The notes under the pieces are model-generated. The model searched no databases. It was not told the DNA's origin and was given only the letters and a program-made list of their open reading frames with translations. Below are positions 34,101 through 46,377 of a DNA stretch of 64,000 bases, piece by piece. Made by a program: the position numbers and the translations under genes. Origin of the DNA: Cyanophora paradoxa CCMP329. Its lineage: Eukaryota; Plantae; Glaucophyta. The stretch spans positions 61,556-125,555 of the forward strand of contig QPMI01000217.1 in assembly GCA_004431415.1 (NCBI GenBank). The letters run 5' to 3'. Numbering within the stretch: position 1 is the first letter of the stretch; every line of letters begins with the position of its first letter.

Positions 34101-37100
34101 GTACAACTGCATGCGGACCTGGTATCGGAATTCTTCTGGATCCACGATATCGCCCTGAACGCGAAGAAGACTGAGTTCACTTATAACAACGTATCTCCCG
34201 AGCCCAAACCGCCCCTCCTTGGCCCGCCCGGGGCCAAGGAGCGTGCGCACCACGTCCTGCCCCCGACGAAGCCCTTCAAGTTCCTGGGGGTCTGGTTTAC
34301 CGCGGACCTAAATTGGAGGCATCAGTTCGAAGCGGTCTACACGATGGCGCAGACCGCCTGCGCGATCCTAAAGAAAAAGAAGCTCACCGCAAAGGAAGCA
34401 GTGTACATCGTGAACAGCGTACTCATCCCGCGCATCACGTACGCCTGCAAGGTTGTCGCGTACACCGAGCGCCAGTGCGCCCAGATAGATACCCTGTGGA
34501 TGACGCTAGTCAAGCATCAGGCGCGCCTCCGCCGCTCGGCGCCCAACGCCCTAATATGGAGCCGCGGATTCTATGGGCTGAAGCGCCTGGCAGACGAGCA
34601 GCTCGCCATACACGTCCTAGACGAAACAATCCGCGCGAACCACCCGACGCTTCGCCCGTATCTCCTCCACCGCGTGTTCGCGGCGCAGGAAAAGCTATGC
34701 CTTCCTCTCCCCCCGTACTGCTATCCGAACCTAGATCCAGGCCCGACCCTCCGGCGCGATCATCTAGCCCTCGCTATAGCCCGAAATATGAATGCGGAGG
34801 GCTACATCCTCGACTCGGGAAGGTCGCACCTGACTCCGGCCCTCCCGCATCCTCGACTCGAACGAAGATTCGTCCTCACTACGCTTCTACCGCCAGCCCT
34901 CCTCCGCAGCGCCGCGCCGTTCCTGTGGGAACACGATCTGCTGACGGCGGCGGACATCACGGGCCCGGACGGGCGCACCGTTCTGGACTGGGCGAGCCTC
35001 TGGGGCAGCGGCCGCGTCCGCCAGCGTCTCGGCCGGGCGCCGTCGTGGTTCCCAGACTTCCTCCGCGCAATCTGCGAGCCCGTCCCGCCGAGGAAGCTCC
35101 CACGCTCCCTGCGCTTCCCCATGCACGTGCTCAAGCAGGGGGCGCGGCGCCAGCAGACGCTTTTCGAAGCGAACCTGATGAGCCCGCCGTACGTGGAGGG
35201 ACAGTTCGCCTGGCACCCGCAGGGCTACCTGACGCGCATCGTTAGCAAATGGGAGGAGCGCGATGAAGACGATGGGCGCCTCCGCGTGTACGTCCGCCTG
35301 GAACATTGGATCTGGCGCGACCGCACGATCCGCGACGGCGACGGGGAGGGCGCCGCCCGATTCTACAAGTGCACGATGCTCAAAGATGAGTGCGATGCGC
35401 GGTACACGACGGACGATGCGACAGCCAAGGCGGCGCGCCAGCGCTGCGACCACTCTGAGCCGGAGTCAGGCGCCTGCCAGTGGACCGAGGACTCTATCCA
35501 CATTCACCCGGCCCGCCTCCTCGAGCTAATCACCCCGGCGACCCGCACGCGGAAGCACGAACCGTACGCGGTTGTGAAGCTAGAGAGTCAGGAGTGGTGG
35601 ACCGAGTTCCGCACGACGCTCTTCCTTCCTCCGTGGGAACGCGATTGGGATTACGAAGCGGATCCCTCCGCGCAGCCCCAGCCGCCGTCGGGCTACAAGC
35701 AACGCCGCCCGGGTACAGTGCCACCGCGCACCGCACCGCCTGTATACCCGGATCGCCAGCCTCTCGAGCACTTTCTCATCGACCCGGAGCCCCTAGCCGA
35801 CCCGTTCTGGAACCTCGTAGCCCAGGAGCTTCGCCGCGAGGAGCTCCCCGCTGCCCGGCCCCCGAGAGTGGCGGCGACCGATGCCAGCACAACGGGGTTC
35901 GGATCCGAGGCGGCGCTAACGGCTTACGCGGGTGTCTGGACCCGGGACCACGAGCAGAACGCGGCGCACTCCCCAGCGGATCGGCAGCGGGAAGCCCAGC
36001 GCCGCAGCGAAGGTATACAGCTGAAAAACCAGCTGCTGCGTGAAGCCGATGCATGCGCAGAAGATGACGCCCCACAGGCGGCGGCCCTGCGGGAGCTCGC
36101 CGAAGCCATCCCCACGGACGGCAGCGACTTCTTTGTCGCCCCGTGCCCGGGCACTGTCAACAACAACAAAGGCGAGCTCCTCGCCGTCCTCACGGCCTTC
36201 TTAAAGTCGCCCGAGGGCTGCACAGTTAAGACAGACAGCTCGACGGCGATGTCACTCATCCGCCGCTCTGTCCTGCACCGCGCTGACTCGACGGTCCGCA
36301 GCGGCCTTCGCACCAACTTCTCGCACCATCTGCGAGCGGCTGCAGAAGTCCATCAGCACCGCAGAGCCCTCGCCGCCGCCGCCGGAAGGCCACCCGCCGA
36401 GGTCCGCGTACAGAAGGTGAAGGCGCATCAGAAAGAGTACACTGACCGGCCTGCGCCTGTCGCCCCGGCAGAGCCCGAGACGGACAGCGATGCGGACGAC
36501 TCCGGATCGTACGTGTCCTACCTCTCCGCCCCGGACGACCTCCCCCCGAGCCCTCTGACGCCGAGCTTATCGCCAAATTCGGCGAGGGACAAGGGGTGTA
36601 CGCCGGGCGCCCGAACCCGCTTTCGGGCGCTTATAACTACCTGTCCGAGCACATCCGTGCGCGCACTGCTCACCTCCGCCGCCGCGAGACTCGACGCATT
36701 CTCCACCAGATCGAACGTCAGACCCGCAAGGCGCGCCGGGAGGAACGCCAGCGCCGTCGAGACGCGCTCGCGGCTCTCGGGCCCCACGTTCCCGCCCTCG
36801 CCGGCCTCCCGATCGCCCAACGCATGGAGAGGGTACTGAATGATGCGTACGACCGGGATAACCACCGAGCCGACCGCCTCGCCGCAGCGGCGCTCGCCCT
36901 GCACCCCTGCGCCCCGTTCTCCAAGGTCTGCAGCGATGGCCACGGCCTCAATGCCTGGGCTGACGTCAAGAGCGCCACCTGGCAGGCAGATCCCGCAGTC
37001 GCATCCGACCCGCCGTCTCGGCTGCCGCAAAACGTGCATGGCTAGCACGGCGTGAGCCCCTCTTTCCCCCGGCGGGTTCGAGTTCGTCCTCCTCTTCTCA

Positions 37101-39299
37101 CCCCCCGCAGGAGCCTGGAGGGGTACGACTCCAGCAGAGCGTACCGCGTCGAGTCCGACCCCCGGCCCACGTCCGCGCCGTCTGCGAAATGCGTAACTTC
37201 GTGCGGCTGACGTCGCTTGAATCCTCGTGGCTCGGCGCCCCGGCCGACCGGGCACGGCTCGCGCGCGAATTCCGTAAGCAAGGCGCCTCCCGCGACGCGT
37301 CAGCCCCGTTCAATGCCCGCCTTGCGCAGCTCACCAAATTCAGCATGGAACTCGCGCCCCTCCTACCTGTCCGTGCCCGCGATGCCCCACACCTCTACGG
37401 CAACATCAACCCGCAAGGCCTGTGCGTACGCCCTGGGTGCGCTCGCGTCGCCGACGCCTCCGGCGGCCCCATCCCGGCACCCCCCTGGGCACCGAGGCGC
37501 GACCCAGGAGCCGCCGCAACCGCAGACCGCGACCCCCCGCCGGCGCTCCACAGCGCGAGTCAACCCGAGACCCACGACCACGCCTTCGGCCTTTGTTCGG
37601 CATCGCAAGCGGCCCGGCTCGCTATGCAATCCAAGATTTACAACCTCCTCCACACAACGATCACCACGCAGAGACTAAAGTCGGCCGCAACGAGGTACGA
37701 GCTCCCGGACGGCCTGAAGTCGGACGGCCTGTTCCTCCGCGACCTATTTCCCGCCTTCGCCCTCGCTGACGAACGCCGCTGGCGTCAGACCGTGCACGAA
37801 CGCTCGCGACCCGGGCCTGTACCCCCCACCTCCGTGCCTGTCTCTACGGCTCCCCCTCCCGCTGGCTGACTCACGGACAGGCCCTTTTCACCGACCTCTC
37901 GCACGACTCGCCCCGCCTGTCCGTCCGGCTGCTCCTCCCCCGCAGTCTGGTCCCGGCCCTCGAGTACCTTCATGTCCGCGCCCCCGCTGCTCGTAAATGC
38001 GCGAACGGGATCTTTGATGTACTTGTGACTGGGCTCCAGGAGATTTGGCAGGCGCGAAACTCGGACGTCCAAGCCTGGCAACGCCGCTGTGGCCTCAAGC
38101 GTCGGACTCTGACGGCGCCCCGACCCCCGCCAGCAACAGACCCCGCGGCCCGCCGAAGAAGCCGCCGCGCCCGGGAGACACGCCCCCAGCCGGACCCGAA
38201 CCCGCAGCCCGCACCCGTAGTGCCGGTCAGTAGTATTCCGGTACCCCCAAGCGTACCGGAACGCGCCCGTCTCCAGCCGACGGCAGCGCCAGCGCGCGAT
38301 GCGCACTCAGCAGTAGGCCGGTCGAGCACAGACCGTCCAGCTTGCCCGCCCTCCCCGCCCGACGCCCATGACCTGATGAATGTCGCCGCAGACAGCCCGC
38401 ACAGCCCGCCCACGAACCCCAAAGCAACCTCGCGATCGGACGCCCCTCCCGTGAGCTCAGCCCCCAGCTTAACCCTCCACCCCCCTGAGCCCCCAGCGCC
38501 TCACCCGCCGGAGCCCCGGCACTCACCTTGCCCGCGCCCCGACCCGCCCGCAGCCCAGCCCGTGGCCCCCCTGCCGCCGTCCGAAGAGGTCCGCCTAGCG
38601 TGGGCACAGACCCGACCCGGCCCGCTAAAGCCTGCGCAGGAAGTACTCCGACAGATCTCCTCGCCGCTGCTCGGTACCTCGGGCAGCATCAACGTCACGA
38701 GGAGATCTCTCAGTCGGCTCAATGGTGAGACCTGGTTAGACGACGAGACCGTTGTCTTCTACCTCGCCCTCCTCGCCCAACTCCCTGCCCTGGCCCGCCG
38801 TCCACTAATCTTTGACTCGCTTGAGTACCCTAACCTCTCCGCGCCAGGCCGAGGCCCCCAGCGCCTTCACAACAAGCTGGTAGCCCGCGGGTCAGCCCGT
38901 TCGACTTCGATGTTCTGCTCTTCCCGATCCACTCACCGGGCCACTGGACCTTCGCTGCGATCCACGTACGTGACCGTCGAGCCGAACTCTATGATGCCTA
39001 CAACCTGCCAAACGCAGAGTCGGCTCGAGAGAAGCTGGCCCCGATTCTCCGCTGGCTCCAGCTCGAGCGCCGGGAACGCAACCTTCCCTCAGACGACCCA
39101 CCGCCTGGCCGCTTGCATCGGCCACCAGGTACCCCATCCCGAACAACGGGACCGCTTCAGCTGCGGTGTAATTGTCTGTGCCCTGGCAGACGCCCTGGTC
39201 CGGGGCCAAGAAGACGCGCTCACGGACCCCAACTCGCCCTTCGATGGCAGCAGTCGGTGCTGCGCCCACTGGCGCAGCCTCATCCTCACCGAATCCTAG
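31135..39299 (+). CDS. LINE ORF2 polyprotein (APE-RT-RNase H-ZnF-Ulp1), broken by several frameshifts
   Basis: APE: IATWNARS, SVYLPP, LLGDFN, RLDYIL, SDHFPV. RT: RPITLQE, LDIRRAYDSV, GLPQG..SP, AYADD, FKFLGVW. RNase H: ATDAS, NNKGELLAV, KTDS, KVKAH, NHRADRLA. ZnF: CVRPGC..ETHDHAFGLC, then IWQARN. Ulp1: WLDDETV, GHW, YDAY, EQRDRFSCG. Confidence 0.9.
38229..38402 (+). repeat. Direct repeat copy 2 (inside ORF2, upstream of the Ulp1 domain)
   Basis: Matches 29717-29890. Confidence 0.95.
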
Positions 39300-39726
39300 C
39301 CACAAGCCAACGGCCCCAGCACCCGGACCCGGCCCCAGAGGTCCGCCCCAGCCCCCTCCGGCTCCGGCTCCACCCCCGCCGCCGCGAGCCCCGGACCCCC
39401 GCCCCCCCACGCCCGCCCCGCCCCCGCCTCGCCTCGCCCACCTCCGACAGGCCGACCGGAGGCGACAGGCCCTTCCTCCCGACTAGGTGCCGGCACAGCT
39501 CGACCCGGCAAGGGCCGTGGCAAAGGTCGCGGCAGAGGGACGACCGTGGCGATGCGCCCCCTCCAATCCTACTTCCGGTCCGCGGTCGGTCTCTCCCCGT
39601 TCCCCCGGCCCCGACTCGCAACTGCCCCTCCCCCTCCGGACTCCCCGCCGCCCCCGCCCCAGCGGACCCTCCGCCACCCCGGCCCCTCCCCTCGCCCGCC
39701 CGACCGGCCCCTCCACCGTCCCCGGC

Positions 39727-39918
39727 CCCGTCTCCCCCCCCTTCCCCCCAGCCCCCTCCCCCCACACCCCCAGCCTCCTCCCCCTCCCCGCAGCCCAGCC
39801 CCGCTACCCCGCCGCCTCACCGTGGCCCGTCTCCCCCCCCTTCCCCCCAGCCCCCTCCCCCCACACCCCCAGCCTCCTCCCCTCCCGCAGCCCAGCCCCG
39901 CTACCCCGCCGCCTCACG
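39727..39918 (+). repeat. About 95-100-bp C-rich tandem duplication in the LINE 3' region
   Basis: CCCGTCTCCCCCCCCTTCCCCCCAGCC...CCCCGCCGCCTCACG/C occurs twice in tandem. Confidence 0.85.
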
Positions 39919-41611
39919 CGCCGCGAGCGTGAGCTGGCCGCCCTCCGTGACTCGGCCGGCTTCACCTCCGCCCGCAACAATCTTCTTGCACGTGGAGACC
40001 GCGGAGCCCGACGTGCAGGTCCGGCTGTCCCAGCCCCTGATCCACAGGACCGCCCCCCCCGGACTCCCCGCCTCGGCGAGCCTCTCTGACCCCCCACACC
40101 GCCGTCACCCGTCGAACCGCAAGACCGGCCCCGCCCCGCCAGCCCCGCGCCCCCGCCGCCGGGCCCCCCACCACCGCCGGCACCGCCCTCGGTCCCCGCA
40201 CCACCGCCCCCATTCGAGTTTTCCGCCCGCGCGCGCCAGCTCCACCCGAGGCACTCCCGCCCCCAGACCGATGTCCCCTCTGCCTACACCCCCTGGGCCG
40301 TCACCGCCGCCTCCACCGAGCCCCGTACCCCCTTCTCTGCCCCCCAAGGTACCACCCCCTGCTCCACCGCGGCGACCTCATCCAGTCCCTCCTCATGCGC
40401 ATGCGGCGGTTGTGGGCGAGGACGGCGGCGGCCAACAGGAGGAAGAGCGAGGAGCGCTTCACGCTCGCCCGATCTCGTCGCTTGCACGTGAGCAGCCCCT
40501 TCCCCCTTCCACAGTGCCCCGCGTGACGAGAGGGGTGTAGATTTGATCGGTCCTCGCGCGGGCGGGGAGTGAGGATCGGATGCGCGGCAGTGCGCGCTCA
40601 CGCCCTGAAGCTGCGGCCCCTCGAAGGCCGGCCCCAACACGCAAAGGTGCGCCCGCGCCGTCCGCCCACGCGCAAGCGCGATTCCTGCGCTTTGCCCTGA
40701 CTGACCCGCCGGCGGCGCGGCAGGCGGCGCCTCCTTCCGGCGGGGACGGGTGTGCATCTCCACTGCAGGCGGCAGCTCGGCGAGGGGTGGCGCCTGCCGC
40801 CCCGCCCCGCCCCGCCTCCCCGGCCCCCTGCGCTCCGCGGCGAGGCGGCGCCCGGCGCGCGCCTCGGGGGCCACGGGCGGGGCCCGGCGCGGAGAGAACG
40901 GCGCCCGTTGCTCCGCCCCGCCACGCCGCCCGCCGGCGCCCGCCGCCCCGTCTCGCGCCTCGTCGCGCCCGCGCACGTGGCTGGGCCCCCCCGTCGCGCC
41001 CGTGCACGTGGCTAGCGCTGGGCTCTAGATCTCTCCCCGGCGCGGCCCGGAGCCGCCGCCGCGCCGCGCCGCGCCGCTCAGTGTCACAGTGTGGGGCACA
41101 CGTATATATATACGTGCACATGTACTCGTATTTCAATTAGAAAAAGCGGAAGTGAACGCGATGCACCAAGGCTCTGCGCGTGCTACAGTTCCGCAGCTGC
41201 GCCGTGCGCCGATCAGCACGGGCATAGGCGAGCAAAATAACCACTAGCTTCACAGATCGATACAAATCTGACATAAAGAAGTGGATGCATAGACCGAGGC
41301 TGGAATACGTAAACAAGAGGCCTAAGCGGTCGTGGGGGTGACGGGAATCTCACTATACTCAAAGAAACTTTGCAAAGAAAGGGGCCTCTTTATTTAAAGG
41401 GGTCGTGCTCGAAGGGGGGCAAAAAGCTGCAAACTTATCTGGTAGAAACTACAACTAGAATCGGGGGCTGCGCCCGCGAAAAGGGCGCGAAGAAAATTCG
41501 AACAAGATCCATGGGGTGCTGTTGTTTACAGGAGGGGCGCGGGCGTGCCTGGGCCCGGCCCGGCCCGGCCCGACGAGGCCGTCGGGGCGCGGGGCGGGGG
41601 CGGGGCGGGGG

Positions 41612-43935
41612 CTAGACGTCCATGGCGAAGAGGGGCGCCTCGGGGTGCTCGAAGGCCGGCGGCGGCGCATCGTCGTCGAACAGGAAGAAGTCCGCCTCGT
41701 CCTGCCCGGGGGCACGCCGCCTCAGCGCCCGGCCGGCCGGCGGGGCGGGGCGGGGCGGGGACGGGCGGGGCGCACGTCGCGGGAGCGCTTGTTGCCGTTG
41801 GCGCGGGCCCCCCCTCCGCGACGGCGACGGCGGCGAGGGCGGCCGGCGAGGCCATGCGGACCGTCTCGTAGTGCACGAACCGCCGCCGCTGCTCCGGCGG
41901 CACCGGCGCGACGACCGCCGGCAGCGGCGCCGCCGCCGGCACCGACGCCGCCGCCGCGGCGGCGCCGCTGGGGAGGGCGGGCCGCCGGCGCCCGAGGAGG
42001 AGCCGGAGCGGGAGCGGGCGGAGCGGGGGAGGAGGCGGAGAGGCGGGCGGGGGCGGAGTGGTGCGGGGGAAGAGGGCGGCGAGCTGCTGGCGGTTGACGA
42101 CGACGGGAATGGGGAAGGGCATGACCCACTGCACGAACGGCGTCGTCGGCTTCCCATCCGGCAGCTCAAGCCCCGGCAGCACCGCCGTCGCAGCAGCAGC
42201 AACCGCCGCCGCCGCCGACTCCGCCGGGCCAAAGCGTGGGAGGCGGCCGCGGGGGCCGGCGGGCCGGGCCGGGGCCGGGGCGGGGCGGGGCGGGGCAGGG
42301 CGGGGTCCGGGGCGGGAAGGTGGGGCGAGGGGGCCTCGTGGTGGTGGAGGGCGTCCCAGTCGAGGAGCCCCTGCAGCGGCGAGAGCGGCCCCAGCGACCA
42401 CGCCGCCTCCCCGCCTCCGCCTCCCCAGCCGCCCCCGCCGCCCCCGCCGACGAGGACGAGGACGAGGACCCGGCCGCCGCGGCGGCGGCGTGCGGGGGCG
42501 GCGGGGGAGGGGCGCCTCGTGCGGGGCGCCGGGGGCGGCGTCGGCGAGGAACTCGGCGGGGGACTGGTCGGGGAGGTCGGCGACGGCGGCGGCGGCGGCG
42601 GCGGCGGCGCGGGCCTTGATGTCCGCGAACTGGCGGAGGCGCATCTGCCCGAAGTGCTGCGAGACCTCCTCCACGGGCAGCGACGCCTCCAGGAAGTGGC
42701 CCAGCGGGATCTCCCCCGCCGCGTGCTTCGAGCGCAGCTGCCGGAACTCCGGCGACGCCATCGTCGTGAACATGATCTCGTCCTGGTAGGCCGCCGGGTC
42801 CACCTTGGGCGACGTCCCGCCCCGCGGGCCCGGGGCGCCGCGGGCGCGCGAGGGGGAGGGGAGGGGCGTGGCGGGGCAGGGGGGGACGAGGGCGGCGAGG
42901 GCCTCCGGGGAGAGGGAGGAGCAGAGGTCCTTGAGGGCGGAGGCGCAGGTCCTGAGGGCGGTGCGGGTGGCCTTGGCGTGGACGGCGCGGAGGAGGAGCT
43001 GGAAGGGGTTGGAGCCGGCGTACATCTCGTGCTGGTGGAGGAACGTCACGTCGCTGTGCACGGCCCCGCCCTCGGCCGCCACCGGCGTCGCCACCACCGC
43101 CACCAGCGTCGTCTTCGCCGGGATCGTCTCCTCGCTGCGCCGTCGGGTCAGCGGGGCGGGGCGGGGCGGTGGGGAGAGGGGCGCGGGGCTCGCCTCGGGG
43201 GCAGGCCGTGGACGAGGTTGCGGAGGGGCTGGGAGAGGAGCACCCAGGAGCGGGCGCCGCCGACGACGTCGGAGCCGCCGTCGGCGCGGACGCAGGTGAG
43301 CATCTTGTACTCGATGGGCCGGGAGACGAAGGAGGACATGACGGCGCGGTCGAGGAACATCTCCTCGTCCTCGTTCACGCGGGGCAGGGCCTCGAGGCGC
43401 TCGAAGGACTTGAGCGTGGGGACCCAGCACTTGCGCAGCTCCAGGTCCTCGCTCGCCACCAGGTGCACGAAGGAGCGCGGGTCCACCGCCGCCCGGAACG
43501 TGCACTTCTGCGACAGCACCGGCTCCGCCGATATGTTCCTGCCGGCCGCGGCGGCGGGGGCGCGGGCGGGGCGGGGCGGGAACGCGCGGTCGGCGGCGGC
43601 GGCGCCACGCGGGCGGCGGCGGGCCGGCAGCGGCGCACCTGGCGACAAGCTCGAGGCCGGCGGAGCTCTCCTTGTCCGTCGCCCACTCGTCCGACGTCGC
43701 ACACGCGTTGAGGGTGCGCACATCGTACCTGCGGCCGGCCCCGGTCACTCGGCGGGCCGGACCGGGCCGCGGCGCCCGCTCATCGACACGGCTTAGGCGG
43801 AGCTATCGCGCTGCTCGAAAGAGACTGGAAGCGGGATCCGCGGCGCCCGCCGGTTCCCAGTTCGACCCCGCCGAACGAGCCCGGACGCACCAAAGGAGCT
43901 CGAGCTGCGCGAAAGAAGGTCAGAAGGCACGCCAT
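41612..43935 (-). CDS. START/SRPBCC-like lipid-binding domain protein with a low-complexity C-terminus, multi-exon; start tentative
   Basis: DEWATDKESSAGLELVAR, DLELRKCWVPTLKSFERLE, FVSRPIEY, WVLLSQP and SDVTFLHQHE resemble the START fold. Exons are joined by consistent splice sites. Confidence 0.5.
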
Positions 43936-46196
43936 CGCACGCTCGGAAGTGCTCGGCCGAAGCGGGCCACGTGTGCAGTCGAACGTCGAACGCTAAGGCG
44001 AGCCGGCCGCGGCGGGGGCTGCGAACCTGTAATCGGAGGCGCTCGTGAGACAAGCTCTGCATCCTCTCCCCGGTGCTCGCGTCGCCGGTGGCCCCGTTGG
44101 CGCTCGCCGCGCCAACTCGCTGCTCTCCGGCTCAGGCCTGTTCGCTACGGTGCAGAAAGCCAGAACGGCCTTCCACGCTCTACGTGATCCGGACTGATCG
44201 CTTGCTAAGCCGGACTGATGAGACAGAGAACAGCCGCCGACCTCGGCCAACCGCCGATGGCGAGAACAGCCGACCTTCGAGCGGGCCGGGCTGGCGCCGG
44301 CTGGGGCTGCGCTCCTGCCTGAAGAAAGGCTCCTCCAACCTTCAGCGCGCGCGCACGCCGAAGGCGCTTCTTTCGATCGACGCGCACGTCGCTGTTGGCG
44401 CCGCGAGTCCGCGACGAACGTCCGACGGTCGACCGCACTCGCCGACCGGACGTCAACTCGACGAGTCGACCCTCGCACAGGCCTAGGCGGCACAGCGCTA
44501 GCGCGGTGCCGGGCACTGCCGGCGTGCCACGGTGCCACGGTGCCGCGCCCCGGGCCCGCGGTCGCGGTCCCGGACTCCCGGTCCCTGATCACGAAATCGA
44601 TCGACTTCGATAGTCGGAACTTCGGAAGCCTCGAGGCTCGAACTCCGACCGACCGGGTAAACAACCCAGCTGCTTCTGAACGAGCGGACGCGGTTTTGCG
44701 AGGTTTTGCAAGCGTGTACCCCTTCAAAGGCTTCAAGTATAAACCGCCGAAATCGGCGCCGATCGCGAGCTCTTTGTGAAGTTGATGAGCCCGTGTCCGG
44801 GTATATAAAACTTTCATAAACAAATTTTGTAAAGCTAGCGCTTATACAAATTCAAAGCACCATCATCACTGATTCATCACTCGAGCTCGGAGAGCCTCGG
44901 AAGCTAGTTGGAGCACTCAACGGAACCTACTTGGAGGCTCTGGAGCCTAAATTTTGAAAGTCTTTTTTCTTTAAAAATCTTTTTCTGGTGCATTAACTAG
45001 TACACGTAACTGCCGGCAACACAGGCTGGGCCCACAGGCCCCACACTAGTACTAGAGCTGTGCTCGCTGGGGGGGGCCGGGCCCAGCGGCCGCTGAAGCC
45101 CGGCGAGCGGCGCCCGTCGATGGCCCGTCGCTGAGGTGGGGGTACCGCCAAAACCTGTCGAAAAACTGCTGAAAACCAACCGAAAACCTATCTGTTCCGT
45201 TTAGTTTATTTCGTACAAGCTGTACATGTCGGCCTTGGGGAAAGGAGAGGCCCTTAGGTCTGTTGGTTTGATGTGACGGATTTCAAAAAGCGAAATTCGC
45301 ATAAATGAACAGACCTACTACCCCATTTTCGACCCTGGGGAACACGATGGCCGGGCCCGTTTTCCTATGAGAGGTCTCTAATGGGGAGTAACAGCACCTC
45401 GAAAAGCACATAAAAGCATTTTCCCGGAAAAAAAGAGAAAGCGCAAATCACATTGGCCTTCCAAGTCGAAATTTGAAAATTATTAATTTGAAGAGGCCAC
45501 ACCCCATTCGCTAGGAGATAATTTACAAATTAACGGAGCCCCACGTGGCCGCCCAGCAAATTTGTATGAGACAGGGTCGTGGCGTGCCACGAGGTGGGTT
45601 TTAAATATACTTGATGCGTTAGCTGAAAGATTATCAAAATAAACAATTTAGACAGAGCCTTATTACTGCGAATTACATTTAAATGATTCATAGATAATTA
45701 TATATTAACCACTTCCACTTGTGCAAAAAGCGCCGAAACTTGCCCGAAATTTAAAGTCGTTTTCATTCAGCTGAGACGACCAATGGGCCCCTCGGAGCCT
45801 GTAGTCGCGATCGGTACAATTGCGGCCGATTGGGCCCCGCATCGATATCTGTACCCCTTGCCGAGTGGACCCCCCGGGCCCTTGTTTCTCCTCCCCCCTC
45901 CCCCGTAACCGCGCGCGGTTGCGGGCCCCCGTTTAAAAACAAAGAGCTGCCACCCTCACGCCTTGAAGCCCCAAGACCCAAGGCCACTCCTGCTCCGCAG
46001 GGACTCGCTTGTTAAGATGCGCGCGTTCGCAAATGCAGATTTAATGCTTAGTTCCGCGAGCCATCTGTCAATTTCTGCGAGATAGAGGCCAGCTGCAAGC
46101 TGCTTTTGGGCGAAGCGGAGCGCCTGGATGCTCGAAAACAGTCGAAATTTAGCAAGATTGATCGGCTATTTAGCAAGTAGTCTATGGCTGGTAACG

Positions 46197-46377
46197 GTAC
46201 TGCGCAGTGCGCATGCCCAGGCCGGCGGCCCGGCCGCGGGCCGGCGGCGGCAAGCGCAGTACCGACTAGTAGTAGTCTATAGCTAGCAACAGTACTGCGC
46301 AGTGCGCATGCCCGGGCCGGCGGCCCGGCCGCGGGCCGGCGGCGGCATGCGCAGAACCGTAGTATACGTACTAGTCT
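46197..46377. repeat. About 95-bp tandem direct repeat (2 copies)
   Basis: GTACTGCGCAGTGCGCATGCCC(A/G)GGCCGGCGGCCCGGCCGCGGGCCGGCGGCGGCA at 46197 and 46292. Confidence 0.9.

Larger units (their letters stand above)
29600..40540 (+). mobile_element. Non-LTR retrotransposon (APE-type LINE) with RNase H and a C-terminal Ulp1-like protease; both ends approximate
   Basis: Intronless block of about 11 kb encoding APE, RT, RNase H and Zn-finger motifs. No poly(A) tail or target-site duplication identified. Confidence 0.88.

Noticed and set aside
37560-37800. Restriction-like endonuclease (Dualen-type) after the Zn finger
   Set aside because: No convincing PD-(D/E)xK motif. The region leads instead to an L1-like IWxxRN motif.
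29717-38402. Direct repeats as LTRs of an LTR retrotransposon
   Set aside because: No TG...CA ends, PBS, integrase or aspartic protease. The RT and APE are LINE-type, and the second repeat lies inside the ORF.
46197-46377. Repeats here and at 63030-64000 as CRISPR arrays
   Set aside because: No unique spacers of regular length and no cas genes; the context is eukaryotic.
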